A stretch of 64,000 nucleotides of DNA from an uncultured Chloroflexia bacterium (GCA_963726245.1 CAVSBT010000038.1:1-64000); one strand, 5' to 3'. Positions 1 to 15,914 are shown, numbered from the stretch's first letter. The notes: generated by a model not told the origin, from the sequence alone. Numbers and translations: made by a program.

Positions 1-183
1 CCCGGGCGGCGTGGGACAGCCGCGGGACGGCGATCCCCGCGCTTCCTACGCTGTCGTACGATACCAAGGCCCGCACCATCACCCTGCACCGCGTGAGCTA
101 CGATCTGGAGAGGGCCCAGCGCAAGATACGGGAGGCCGGCCTGCCTCCCTACCTGGCCGAGCGGCTGGCGCTACGGCCGGTAG
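1..183 (+). CDS. Metallophosphoesterase family protein, 3' part (runs off window start; apparent frameshifts)
   Basis: PGGVGQPRDGDPRASYA ... HRVSYDLERAQRKIREAGLPPYLAERL is the typical C-terminus of calcineurin-like phosphoesterases; pieces lie in ORFs 11 and 93; TAG at 181-183. Confidence 0.75.
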
Positions 184-201
184 GCGTGCGCTGGGGAGGT
201 G

Positions 202-3200
202 TTACTGGAGGCTTTCCGCCCGCTTGGTCCAGCCGGTCATGCCGAGGGCACGGAACTGCTGCAGGGCGGCGTCCAGCAAGGGAGAAGCCCGCTCCCTATC
301 GCCGGGGGCGCCGCGGCGTATGTACATCAGCGCCTCGTCGAAGTCGGTGATGGCGCGAAGAGGGCGGGCGCCCTGCTCTTCGAGGACGGCGCGGGCCCTG
401 GCGAACCACTCGACCGCCTCGTCGTGGCGGCCCTGGAGGGCGCAGAGACATGCCATGGACCGCCGCGAGTCCTGCATGGGGTAGCGAAAGTCGGGCTCAA
501 TAACCTTCTCTCGCAGGCTGCGCTCGATGACCTCGATGTGGTCGACGCGCTCCAGGAGCCAGAGGGTCTCGGCGGCGAGACAGGCGACCATTGTGTAATT
601 CACTGCCCAGCCCGGTGCCCGCTCCAGCGGGGCGGTCAGCGTTCCCAGCCAGTGCAGAGCCTCCTCTGTTCGTTCCAACCAGGCGCAGACGGCGGCAGCG
701 ACGCTCGAACGGCGCCAAAGACCCACTGGTTCTCTGGCGCCCGCTGTTGCAGAGTGATTTGCACCGCGGGGAGGTAGTCCTCCCACTTGACTTCCAGCCG
801 GGCGGTGGCCATCTCAAACCTGGCACCGGCCAGTTGTATGACCTGCACGATGGACCGGCCAGCCGTCCGGCCAGCGCTGTTCCTCGATCGTACGCGGTCT
901 GCGCCGCAGCGAAGTCGCCGAGAGCATTGTGGCAGCGGGCCGCCTGCGCCCAGTGAGACACAGCCGAAGCGATCTGCCCCTGTTGCTCCGCCCGGACGGC
1001 CTGCTCTTGCCAGAGGGGCAGGCTACGGCGGAACTCGCCCGCCCAGGCCATCAGGAACACCGGGTCATCACTGGCTAGGACATCTTCTCTCGAAGAGAAA
1101 GGCGTGAAAGACCCGAGGGCTACGCGCTCCTCGGCTGGCAAATCCGGCACGATGCGCGCCACTTCACGGCGCTCGGGTCCATCCAGCGGGATGCCAAGGT
1201 CGTCGGGGTTCTCTGCCTCCTGACGCACAAGATCCGCCGCCGTCAGCCAGGCCCATGTGCGGTCCCGGCGCGCCGCCGCGTACCCCACCCCCTGTTCGGC
1301 CAGCGCCCACCCACCACGCATGAACCCGGCAAGAGTCATCACCCGTACTGCCTCCGCCAGGTAGTCGGCCGCCGCGTCCGCGCCCTCAGATTCAGCGATG
1401 AGGTGGCCGGCCTTGCTCGCCGCCCTTAGAGCCTCGTCGAAGTCGAGCGCCCAGCCCAAAGCCAGCCCGAGGCGACCAAGCAGGCGAGGTCGCCGCTGAT
1501 CCTGCGCCGGCAGCAGATCCAGGGCGATACGCAGGAAGACGGCTGACTCGTCGCAAGCGTAGGCCGCCTCCGCCCGGTCGGCCGCCGCCAGGGCGTGGAC
1601 GACGCCGCGTTCAGCGCCGGGGAGGGCCGCGCTGCGATGATATTGATAGGCCACCTCCGCCGCGTGGTCAGCCGCCTCAACACCGTAGGAACGCTCCATC
1701 GCCTCGGCAATCTGGCGGTGCAGCCGCACCTGCCGTGAGGGGCTCAGCTCGCCGTAGAGGGTGTGGCGGATGAGGGCATGGGTGAAGTCGTAGGTGTCTG
1801 CTTCGCCGCCCGGCCTCAGGAGCTGCGCCGCCAGGGACTCGTCGACGGCGTCGAGGGCCGCTGTCTCCTCAAGACCCGCCACGCTCGCAGCGATGTCGAA
1901 GGGGAAGAGACCATTGAACGCCGACGCCACGGTGAGCAGACGGTTTGCGTCCTTGGAGAGGCGTGAGACACGCCGGCCGATGACCTGGCGCACGCCCTCC
2001 GGTATGCCCATCTCGGCGATTGATAGGCTTGTCGTCCACTGGCCCTTTTCGCGGTAGATCTTCCCCTCCTCCACCAGGTGCGCCAGGACCTCGCGGATGA
2101 AGAAGGGGTTGCCGTCGGTCTCGGCGCTGATGGCGCTCACGAGGGCGTCCGGGACATCCTGTTCCGCCACACTCGCCAGGAGCTGACCTACCTCATGCGT
2201 GTCAAGGCCCTTGAGCAAGATGCGCTCGTAGTTCGTCTCTCGGCGCAGGGCGCCCAGGGCATCGGCCAGCGGATGCTGGCGGTCCAGCTCCACGTCCCGG
2301 TAGGCGCCGAGGAGCAGGATCCGGTTGCGGGGCGCGAAGCGGGCCACGTGCCGCAGCATGGCGATAGTCCCCCTGTCCGCCCAGTGCAGGTCGTCCAGCA
2401 CCAGCACCACTGGCGCCCGCATCGACGCCCCGATGAGGAACTGGGAGACGGCGTCGAGCAGGCGGAAGCGCTCCTCGTCGGGTTGGAGGCTTGCGGGCTC
2501 TGGGATGTCGGGCAGGCTGTTGCGCAGCTCCGGCACCACGCGGGCGATGGGACCTGCGCCGGCGCCCAGGTCGTGGCGCAACTCACGGGGACCGGCAGAG
2601 CGGCTGTACTCGCTGATGGCCTCGGCGAAGGGGCCGTAGGGCGGCGCCCACTCGCCTTCGTAGCAGCGGCCCCAGAGGATGACTGTGCCCTCCTTGCGGG
2701 CGGCCTCGGCGCACTCCTCGGCGAGGCGTGTCTTGCCGATGCCCGGCTCGCCAACCAGCATCACCAGCCCGCCGTGGCCGGCGCGGGCCTCTCCGAGCTT
2801 CTGGCTCAGCTTCCCGACTTCGGCGGACCGGCCGACGAACGGCGTATGGACCAGCAGGGCCGCCGGCTGGTCGACATCGTACAGGACCTCGCAGGCGGCA
2901 ACAGGCTCAGCGATCCCTTTCAGCTCCAACTGACCGCAGTCGCGGAACCTGAAGGCCTGGCGGCCCGAGAGCAGACCTGCTACGAGAGAGCTACACAGGA
3001 TCTGCCCGGCCTCGGCGCGGTCGCACAGGCGCCTGGCGACAACGACGGGCGTCCCGAAGTAGTCGGTCTCCTCCCGCAGCGCCTCGCCCACGTTCAGGCC
3101 CACCCTGACCTCGAGGCGCTCGCCGAGGGTGGGCCGGCGGGCGGCTTGCTGCATGGCGATAGCGCAGCGTACCGTATCTGCCGCCGAAGGGAAGGCCACC

Positions 3201-3388
3201 ATCAGGCCATCGCCGAGCCACTTCACCTGGTGGCCACCGCTGGCGGCGACGGCGTCTTGGAGCAGCCTGTGATGGGCCTGGAGTATGCGCTGCGCGCTCT
3301 CGTCCCCGACCCTCTGGAGCAGCTCGGTCGAGCTGACGAGATCGGTGAAGAGGATGGTGGTCGTGGCCGTATGCGGCCGGGTAGTCAT
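202..3388 (-). CDS. Class III adenylate/guanylate cyclase fused to AAA ATPase (STAND-like) and TPR-like helical region; two apparent frameshifts near 850 and 690
   Basis: FTDLVSST, VKWLGDG, RVGLNVGE and DYFG cyclase motifs; Walker A GEPGIGKT; Walker B LVLDDLHWAD; GNPFF; C-terminus continues in ORFs 636..848 and 202..786. Confidence 0.88.
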
Positions 3389-3625
3389 GGTGAACGGATT
3401 ATAGCAGGTGCAGGGATGCTCGTGTGTTGCGCTCGGGAATCTCGCGCCTCAAGTCCGTCCGTTCTTGTCAGAGACGGCCCTGTTGTTGAATGAAAGCGCG
3501 GTCCCAGTCTCGACCCATCGTGGCAAGACGGGCCGTGGCGCGCTACACTGTGAAGGCTGCCGACGATGACGGCATTGGGGCGCTAAGGAGCTGGGCTGCG
3601 ACTTCAAGGCATAAGAGGGCCCGCC

Positions 3626-4652
3626 GTGAAGGTGTTGATAGCCATCGGGCTGGAGGAGGCGCTGGTGGAGCAGGTGCGCGCCGTCGACCCGCGCCTGGAG
3701 GTGGAGCGTCCTCGACCGTGATGCGATCCCGCTCATTTACGGCCGGCCGGTGCCGCCCGGGGCGGACGCCGAGGCCGCCCGCCGACGCCTGGACGCGGCC
3801 CTGGCCGAGACCGAGGTGCTCTATGGCTTCCCTCCTTCGCCGGAGCAAGCCGGCGAGCTCCTGACGCGGGCGCCGCGGTTGCGCTGGTTCCAGGCAGCCA
3901 GCGCCGGCGTCGACCGGCTGGAGGAGAGCGGGTTCTTGGAGCGACAGGTGGTGATCACCAACTCGAGCGGCGTTCACGCGACGCCCGTCGGCGAGTACGT
4001 GCTGATGGTGATGCTGATGTTCGCCAAAGGGGCGCATCGCCTTGTGCGCGCCCAGGCCGAGAGGCGCTGGACCCATCCGCCGATGCCCGCTGAGCTGCGC
4101 GGCGCGACGGTGGGAGTCGTGGGCATGGGTCGCATCGGGACTGAGGTGGCGCGACTGTCGCGGGCCGCCGGCTGCCGCGTGCTGGCCATCCGGCGCTCGG
4201 CGCAGGAGCGGCGCCCCGGCCGGTCGCGGGCGGACGAGGTGCTGCCGCCTTCCGACCTCCCGTACCTGCTTTCGGAGAGCGACTACGTCGTGCTGGCGGT
4301 GCCCCTCACCCGGCAGACGCGGCATCTCATCGGCCGCGACGAGCTGCGGGCCATGAAGCCTGCGGCGGTGCTCATCAACATCGCGCGCGGCGCTGTCGTG
4401 GACGAGGAGGCGCTGGTGCAGGCGCTGAAGGAGGGCTGGATCGGCGGTGCCGGTCTGGATGTCTTTGAGCGGGAGCCCCTGCCGGAAGACAGCGAGCTGT
4501 GGGGCCTGGAGAACGTAATCCTCACGCCACACATCTCCGGCGGGACGGAGCTCTACTTCGAGAGGGCGGTGCCCATCTTCTGCGAGAACCTGCGCCGCTA
4601 CCTGAAGGGCCGCCCGCTGAGAAACGTCGTGGACCCCCGGCGGGGCTACTAG
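3626..4652 (+). CDS. D-2-hydroxyacid dehydrogenase (frameshift near 3708)
   Basis: GMGRIG, LINIARGAVVDE, GAGLDVFEREPLP, TPHISG; N-terminus VKVLIAIGLEE starts at GTG 3626 in another frame. Confidence 0.9.
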
Positions 4653-4668
4653 CGAGGGTTGGAGGCAG

Positions 4669-5313
4669 ATGGTAGCTGAAGAGAAGGCAGGCGAAACGGC
4701 ACCGGTCGCAGCGACAGGGAGCCTTGTGCCGCTGCCGGCCCGCTTCTTCTACTTCACGCGCGGGCTCTGGAACCTGCTCTCCCTGGGACTGGCCCTGACG
4801 TTGAAGGCGTTCGCCGACGCGTCGGTGCCGCCGTGGGCCTACGGGCTGCTGGGAGCGGTGGTGCTGGCTGCGCAGGGCTGGCGTGTCTGGGGAGCGGGCT
4901 ACATCGGCCGGCCGGCTCGCGGTGGCACGCCTGCCGGCGAGGCCCTGATTGCAGCCGGTCCCTATGCCTATCTGCGCAATCCGATGTACCTGGGCACGTT
5001 CCTCACCATGCTGGCCTTCTCGAGCATGTCCGGCCTCTGGTACGCCGTCCTCGCCGTCGCGGCCATCCTCGCAGTGGTGTACACGAGCTCAATCGCCTAT
5101 GAGGAGGCCTTTCTCTCGGCCCGCTTCGGCGAGGAGTACCGCCGCTATCGGGAGGCTGTCCCCCGCTTCCTACCGTCGCTGCGTGCGCTCGCCGGCAGGC
5201 GGGCCCGCCCTCCGGCCCAGGGTCGCTTCCGGCTGGCCGACGGCCTCCTCAACGAGAGCGGCTCGCTGATCCTCTTGCCGCTCTTCTTCAGCCTCTTCTG
5301 GTTCGTGGACTGA
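4669..5313 (+). CDS. Isoprenylcysteine carboxylmethyltransferase / PEMT-like membrane protein
   Basis: GPYAYLRNPMYLG and EEAFLSARFGEEYRRYREAVPRF motifs; hydrophobic helices. Confidence 0.85.
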   Translation: MVAEEKAGETAPVAATGSLVPLPARFFYFTRGLWNLLSLGLALTLKAFADASVPPWAYGLLGAVVLAAQGWRVWGAGYIGRPARGGTPAGEALIAAGPYAYLRNPMYLGTFLTMLAFSSMSGLWYAVLAVAAILAVVYTSSIAYEEAFLSARFGEEYRRYREAVPRFLPSLRALAGRRARPPAQGRFRLADGLLNESGSLILLPLFFSLFWFVD

Positions 5314-6386
5314 GCGACAGGAACAGGGGGCAAGCAACAGGGAACAGGGCATAGGGAACAAGGAGCGGGGCCTGCTGGCCGCTTCCTTGCTGCTTTGTTG
5401 CTGGTTGCTTGTTGCCTGCTTGGGATGATGCGGTCGAGCCGCTCGCGGACCTGCAGGGCCTGCTCCACCATGCGGTCGAAGAGCTCCTGGACGGTTGGGA
5501 TGTCCCGCACGAGGCCGACCGCCTGCCCCATGCTCGCCAGGGTGTCCTCCATGCGCCCCTCTTCGACGGCGGCGTTGGCGTGGGCGGTGATCAACGGCAG
5601 CAGCTCCTCGATGGTGGTGCCGCGGGCCTCCATCTCCAGCACCTTGTCGGTGAGGGGGGTCCTGGCCGACCGTGTGGCGTTGCCTATGGAGCGCATGACG
5701 TAGGCGGTGTCCACCTCCGTGGCCTTGACCAGGTACTCCTTCCAGGCAGGGTGGCCGTAGCACTCCTTGGTGGCCATGAAGCGGGTGCCCATCAGGACGG
5801 CGTCGGCGCCCAGGGCCAGGGCGGCGGCGAGGCCGCGGCCGTCGGCGAAGCCGCCGGCGGCTACCACCGGGATGTTGACGGCGTCCACGCACACAGGCAC
5901 CAGCACCAGGGTGGTGACCATGTCCACCCCCGGACTGCCGCCGCACTCGTAGCCGACGATGCAGACGGCGTCGCAGCCGAGCCGCTCGGCGGTGCGGGCG
6001 TAGCGCACGCCGGGCACCTTGTGCATGACCTTGACGCCCCCCTTGTGCAGGGTCTCGATGATGCCCTCCGGGCTGCGCCCCGAGGTCTCGACCACGGGGA
6101 TCTTCTCCTCCAACGCTATCTGGACCCACTCCTCGACGGGCTGGCGGCGCACGGCGGGGAAGAGGTTGATGTTGAGGCCGATGGGGCCGTCGGTCAGGTC
6201 GCGGGCCTTGCGGATCTCGGCTCGCAGGGCGTCCAGGTTCTCGTCGAACGTAGAGCCGACTATGAAGCCGAGGCCGCCGGCGTTGGCCACCGCGGCGACG
6301 AGCTCCGCCCGGCCGACCCAGAACATGCCGCCGCAGATGATGGGGTAGCGGATGCCGAACATCTCGGTGATACGGGTCTGGAACAA
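5145..6386 (-). CDS. Nitronate monooxygenase / FabK-like flavoenzyme; homology ends near 5420 and the ORF reads on through the repeat
   Basis: TRITEMFGIRYPIICGGM, IPVVAAGGFADGRGLAAALALGADAVLMGTRF, MGQAVGLVRDIPTV; AAGGAG RBS before TTG. Confidence 0.88.
   Translation of the reverse strand: MFQTRITEMFGIRYPIICGGMFWVGRAELVAAVANAGGLGFIVGSTFDENLDALRAEIRKARDLTDGPIGLNINLFPAVRRQPVEEWVQIALEEKIPVVETSGRSPEGIIETLHKGGVKVMHKVPGVRYARTAERLGCDAVCIVGYECGGSPGVDMVTTLVLVPVCVDAVNIPVVAAGGFADGRGLAAALALGADAVLMGTRFMATKECYGHPAWKEYLVKATEVDTAYVMRSIGNATRSARTPLTDKVLEMEARGTTIEELLPLITAHANAAVEEGRMEDTLASMGQAVGLVRDIPTVQELFDRMVEQALQVRERLDRIIPSRQQATSNKAARKRPAGPAPCSLCPVPCCLPPVPVAQSTNQKRLKKSGKRISEPLSLRRPSASRKRPWAGGRARLPASARSDGRKRGTASR
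5314..5422. repeat. Degenerate heptamer repeat with inverted arms
   Basis: gaacagg/gcaacag/gcatagg units followed by ttgttgc/ttgctgc units. Confidence 0.65.
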
Positions 6387-6422
6387 GTCAGTCTCCTTTG
6401 CCTGTGCAGGGACCGGTCAATA

Positions 6423-6554
6423 GGGTCTGTTGACAAACCCAAGCGGGCCGCTCGTGGTTCGAAGCCGCCGCCGGCAGGCTCACCATGAGCGGAATCTGAG
6501 AACCGCTCGTCCTGAGCCAGTCGAAGGGCGGGCGGCTGCTTTCTCAACAGACCC
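6423..6554. mobile_element. MITE-like element with 15 bp terminal inverted repeats and two internal palindromes
   Basis: GGGTCTGTTGACAAA (6423-6437) and TTTCTCAACAGACCC (6540-6554) match 14/15 as inverted repeats; the core recurs near 32931-33026. Confidence 0.7.
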
Positions 6555-6584
6555 AATGGCTGGCTCGCCACGTCATCAGAGTGG

Positions 6585-9008
<2,424 letters not shown>

Positions 9009-9012
9009 CGCT

Positions 9013-9459
9013 TCATGCCTTCTGCGGGCGGACGGTCACCCGCACCCGGTGTTTTTGTCCCTGACGCTTGGGCAGCGTGATCTTGAGGAAGCCGTCCCGA
9101 TAGGAGATCTGGACCGCTTCCGGGTCCACCTCGGCCGGCAAGTCCACGGTGCGCTCGAAGGTGCCGTAGCAAATCTCCATCTGGTTGTGGCGATGGCCCG
9201 GGGCGGCGTGACGGTCGATCTTCTCGCCGTAGAAATGGAGGCGGTCGCCGTGCAGGTCGAGCTGCACGTGCTCGTCGCCGATGCCGGGGATTTCGGCCAG
9301 GATGACCACCTCCTCGGCCGTCTCGTACACGTCGACGGGCGGCTCCAGGATGGGCGGGCAGAAACGGGGATGCCCGCCTTTGCCGCCGGTGAGGCGTTCC
9401 CACATCTCATCCATCTCCTGGCGAAGGTATTCGAAGTCGGCGAAGAGCCTTTGTGTCAT
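9013..9459 (-). CDS. Hsp20/alpha-crystallin small heat shock protein
   Basis: PPVDVYET, AEIPG, EICYGTFERTVDLP, YRDGFLKITLPK; directly upstream of lon. Confidence 0.93.
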   Translation of the reverse strand: MTQRLFADFEYLRQEMDEMWERLTGGKGGHPRFCPPILEPPVDVYETAEEVVILAEIPGIGDEHVQLDLHGDRLHFYGEKIDRHAAPGHRHNQMEICYGTFERTVDLPAEVDPEAVQISYRDGFLKITLPKRQGQKHRVRVTVRPQKA

Positions 9460-9492
9460 GGGAGTCCCCCAGTGTCGGTTGGCGGCCGCCGG

Positions 9493-9946
9493 CTAGAGCG
9501 AGAAGCGGAATCCCTCGTGGGTGGCGGCGAAGCCCATCTTCTGGTAGAAGCGGTGGGCCTCGACCGCGGCGCTTGTTGCTGGTGAGGGAGACCTTGTAGC
9601 AGCCGGCGCGTCGCGCTTCTTCTATAGCATACCGCAAGAGGGCTTCGCCATAGCCCTTCCGGCGCGCCGAACCGTCAACGACGATGTTTTCGACGAAGGC
9701 CCAGGGCCTGCCCCGATACGAGAGATTGGGGACGATGCCTAGGGTGGCGGTCGCCATCACACGCCCGCCAACCTCCGCGACCAGTATCCGCTGACGGGGG
9801 TCGGCTTCGATGTCGCGGAAGGCGGCGTGGTAGCTCTCCGGGAGCGGCTCGGCAGTGGCTTCCCGGTCGCCATCCAGGGAGAGCTGGCTCAAAAGCGCGA
9901 CAATGCGAGGCAGGTCCGCCTCGGTGGCGCGGCGGATCGTTGGCAT
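9493..9946 (-). CDS. GNAT N-acetyltransferase (frameshift near 9565)
   Basis: IRRATEADL, VENIVVDGSARRKGYG, GCYKVSLTS; EAHRFYQKMGF in the shifted frame, TAG at 9493. Confidence 0.85.
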
Positions 9947-9975
9947 CCGTCTATCCGTTCGCCATCCGTTGTGGG

Positions 9976-10010
9976 ACCGCTGCGGACGGAGCTGAAGCTC
10001 CGTCCCTACA
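9976..10010 (-). repeat. GTAG-type REP-like palindrome
   Basis: Minus strand reads GTAGGGACGGAGCTTCAGCTCCGTCCGC. Confidence 0.65.
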
Positions 10011-10047
10011 GTGCGATCCACTTGCCCGCCCGCCGAGAGAAACCTCT

Positions 10048-12780
<2,733 letters not shown>

Positions 12781-12883
12781 AGTCCCTCCTGCGGGGCATC
12801 GTACCATTGCGCGAAGCCGAAATCAAAGCGGAAGCGATGGGTGGTCAGGGGCGTACGCTCATCTGGCCAGAGGCGTAGCGCAC

Positions 12884-12952
12884 AGAGCATAGAACATAGG
12901 GCAAAGGGCAAGGTCGTGCTCCTATGCCCTGTGCCCTATGTTCTATGCCCTG
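12884..12952. repeat. Inverted heptamer repeat hairpin (possible terminator)
   Basis: agagcat agaacat agggcaa agggcaa ... ctatgcc ctgtgcc ctatgtt ctatgcc. Confidence 0.7.
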
Positions 12953-12971
12953 ACTTCCCTGTCGCCCGTTG

Positions 12972-13754
12972 CTACCTGATGAGCCTTCTCCGCATGAGGA
13001 AGATGGCCAGCCGGAAGAAGAGCGCTGTTACCACCACCACCCAGACGAGGTCGCCCAGGTGGCTCCAGTGAAGGTTGCCCTCCACCAGGGCCCGGTCGAT
13101 GGCTGCCACGTGGGAGACAGGGAGAAACCAGGCCAGCACCTGGAAGCCTCGGGGCAGGCTGTCGAGGGGAAAGAAGACGCCGCCCAGCCAGAACATGGGC
13201 GTCACCACCAGGCTGAAGAAGTAGTTCAGGGAGGCCAGCGAGACGGCGGTCGACGTGTAGGACATGGAGATCGACGCGAACATGACCCCCTGAAGGGCCG
13301 CCACGATGGGGACAAGGATGACCAGAGGCGAGTCCACCAGGCCGTAGGAGGGCGTGAAGGCCAGCATGACCAGGAGGATGTACATGGTGCTGATCAGGCC
13401 GCGCGTGGCGCCCCAGAAGATCTCAGCGGCGATGACGTCTTCCAGGTTCACCGGCGTGGCGATGATGGCGTCGAAGGTGTGCTGCATGGACATCCGCACG
13501 TAGGAGCCCCAACCGCACTCGCCGACCGACGCCCACATCGGGTAGACAGCCAGGATGCCGGGCGCCAGGAACTGCATGTAGGTCTGGTCGCCGCCCACCT
13601 CCACGAAGGTGCCCAATCCCAAGCCCAGGGCGAGGAGGATGAGAATGGGCTCGACGACGGGCCAGACCAGCTCGGCGTGCCACAGGCGCAGGAACACGTC
13701 GCCGTTGCGCTGCCAGACGCGAAAGGTCCGGTAGGAGACGCCGCCGAAGGTCAT
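12972..13754 (-). CDS. ABC-2 type exporter permease (NodJ-like)
   Basis: YMQFLAPG, TFDAIIATPV, PMFWLGGVFFP, LPVSH; multiple TM helices. Confidence 0.88.
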   Translation of the reverse strand: MTFGGVSYRTFRVWQRNGDVFLRLWHAELVWPVVEPILILLALGLGLGTFVEVGGDQTYMQFLAPGILAVYPMWASVGECGWGSYVRMSMQHTFDAIIATPVNLEDVIAAEIFWGATRGLISTMYILLVMLAFTPSYGLVDSPLVILVPIVAALQGVMFASISMSYTSTAVSLASLNYFFSLVVTPMFWLGGVFFPLDSLPRGFQVLAWFLPVSHVAAIDRALVEGNLHWSHLGDLVWVVVVTALFFRLAIFLMRRRLIR

Positions 13755-14692
13755 TCCGTGAGCCCCCTTCCGGTCAGTCGCAGGAAGACGTCCTCCAGGG
13801 TCGCGCGACGCAGGCGGGCGTCCTGCCCCTGGCGCACCAGTTCGGCGGCGACCCCGGAGCCGCGCGGGCCCAACCCCAGCACGAAGACGACGCCCTCCAC
13901 GTCCTCCACGGTTATGCCGTCGAGGCCGGCCAGGCCCTCCAGGACCCGTGCGGTCTCCTCCTGGCCGGTGGTCTCCAGCTCGAGCACCTCCTCGCCCACG
14001 TGGCGCGCGACCAGGTCGGCCGGCGAGCCCTCGGCGAGGATGCGGCCCAGGTGCATGATGACGATGCGGTCGCAGAGATGGGCAGCCTCTTCCATGTTGT
14101 GGGTGCTGAGGAGCATGGTGACGCCCTGGCCCTTGAGGAGGCGGAGCTTCTGCCAGACGAGGTGTCGCGCCTGGGGGTCCAGTCCGGTTGTGGGCTCGTC
14201 GAGCACCAGGATGCTGGGCTGATTGAGCAGGGCCCTGGCGATGCTGAGGCGGCGCTTCATGCCGCCCGATAGGTTGTCGACCACCTCAGCCGCCCGGTCC
14301 TGGAGCTGGAAGAGGGCCAGCACCTCATCGATGCGCTGCCGTGCTACAGGGGCCGGAATGTCGAAGTAGCGGGAGTAGACGAAGAGGCTCTGCCTCACCG
14401 GCAGATCAGGGTCCAGGTTGTCCTCCTGAGGCACCACGCCAAGGTGGGCCTTGATGCGCCGCCCGTCGACCCGCACGTCCAGGCCGTCCACCAGCAGCTC
14501 GCCGTCGGTGACGGGGGAGACGCAGGTGATCATGCGGATGGTGCTGGTCTTGCCGGCGCCGTTGGGTCCGAGAAAGCCGAAGCACTCACCGGCGAAGACG
14601 TCAAAGTCGATGCCGTCGACGGCGGTAAGCGAGCCGAAGCGCTTCACAAGCCTTCGGGCGCTGATGACAACGGTTGCGTCTTTGTCCATCAA
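13751..14692 (-). CDS. ABC exporter ATP-binding protein (NodI-like)
   Basis: GPNGAGKTS, LSGGMKRR, LDEPTTGLDPQARHLVW, TLEDVFLRLTGRGL. Confidence 0.92.
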   Translation of the reverse strand: MMDKDATVVISARRLVKRFGSLTAVDGIDFDVFAGECFGFLGPNGAGKTSTIRMITCVSPVTDGELLVDGLDVRVDGRRIKAHLGVVPQEDNLDPDLPVRQSLFVYSRYFDIPAPVARQRIDEVLALFQLQDRAAEVVDNLSGGMKRRLSIARALLNQPSILVLDEPTTGLDPQARHLVWQKLRLLKGQGVTMLLSTHNMEEAAHLCDRIVIMHLGRILAEGSPADLVARHVGEEVLELETTGQEETARVLEGLAGLDGITVEDVEGVVFVLGLGPRGSGVAAELVRQGQDARLRRATLEDVFLRLTGRGLTE

Positions 14693-14760
14693 CCTGCCTT
14701 GGTCAAAGAAATAGGGCGGAGGTGATCCTCCGCCCTAAGCCGTCGCCGCGCGGTGGAGGA

Positions 14761-15609
14761 CTACTCCTCGGACTCCTCGTCGTTGTCGCCCTCGGTGGCA
14801 CGCTGGAGGTCGTAGAGGCGGACATCGCCTTCCTGGGCTTCGGTCTCCCCTTCCCACTCCTCGCGGGCCCCTTCGGCCTCCTCGGTGGTCTCCTGCTCCT
14901 CCTCACCCTCGTGCTTGAGGATGCTCTGCTTGATGTAGGGGCGGACCACTTCGGTGCCGATGGCGGGGAAGGATGGTCTGCCGGCCTGGCTGGGATGCTG
15001 ATAGACCTCTTTTATGATAACGCGTCCCGTCGTGTCGGCCAGACTGGCCAGAGCGGCGGCGTACTGGTTGCCGCCCTGCATGAGCTTCAGCAGGCGTAGC
15101 GCCAGCTTCGGCTCCACCTCACCCAGGTGTTCGCCGCGGGCGGTCTCTATATGCAGGACGTTGCCTTCCGCACGCAGCTCCAACCGGTCGCCGGCCGCCA
15201 TGCGGGCCAGGACCTCCTGGTCAGCGCGCTGGAGGCTGGTGATCCCCGTCTTGCCTGTCTCCTCGATAAAGATCTGCGGGTCGAGCTGCTGTTTTGGTTC
15301 GGTGTTGACTGGCACGACCTCACCAAGGGCGGTTAGACGCGCCAGGTTCTTACGGGCGATCGTGTTGGTGGAGTCCGCCTCCAGCGTCTTGGCGTAGGCC
15401 TCGCGGGCCTCGTGATAGTGCCCCAGCTCCGCGAGCGCCTTGCCCAGGCGGTTCCAAGCATCCACGTCTGACGGGTACAGCGACAGGATCTCGCGGTTGA
15501 TGGTGACGGCGTCTTCCCATCGGCTCTGCAAAGCCAGCCGGATCGCCTGGTCAGCCTTCTGACGGCGGATACCGGCCCCTTCCTCGGTTTGATACGTCAC
15601 TTCCCTCAC
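14761..15609 (-). CDS. Tetratricopeptide repeat protein with acidic tail
   Basis: TPR (DAWNRLGKALAELG ... NTIARKNL), FIEETGKT motif, Glu-rich C-terminus. Confidence 0.8.
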   Translation of the reverse strand: MREVTYQTEEGAGIRRQKADQAIRLALQSRWEDAVTINREILSLYPSDVDAWNRLGKALAELGHYHEAREAYAKTLEADSTNTIARKNLARLTALGEVVPVNTEPKQQLDPQIFIEETGKTGITSLQRADQEVLARMAAGDRLELRAEGNVLHIETARGEHLGEVEPKLALRLLKLMQGGNQYAAALASLADTTGRVIIKEVYQHPSQAGRPSFPAIGTEVVRPYIKQSILKHEGEEEQETTEEAEGAREEWEGETEAQEGDVRLYDLQRATEGDNDEESEE

Positions 15610-15914
15610 CTCTCTCCAAGAGACATGCGCCAGAGACCGTAGGATTTTATCGTCTCAAGTGAAGTCCTTCAAGATGGGCAAGCCCCTTTATTCTGAGACT
15701 TGACTCCCCGTTTTTCGATTTTGACGTTGTCGTGTACTATCTCTGAGGGTCGGCGCCTCAGGCCGTCCCCAAAGCCGGATGTCCGGCCCTTCGTCATGGG
15801 CATGATCGACAGGCTGGCGTCAAAGAACAGCCCCGATCAAGTATATGTACGAAGATTGTCCCGCGGCGGATGGAATGTGAGGCTCTGGTCTCTCTTGGAG
15901 AGGGTAGAAGAGGA

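Noticed and set aside
9460-10047. CIRCE or HAIR heat-shock operator for hsp20-lon
   Set aside because: No matching inverted repeat seen upstream
12972-14692. Nod-factor export function
   Set aside because: NodIJ-like exporters are widespread and no nodABC genes are present
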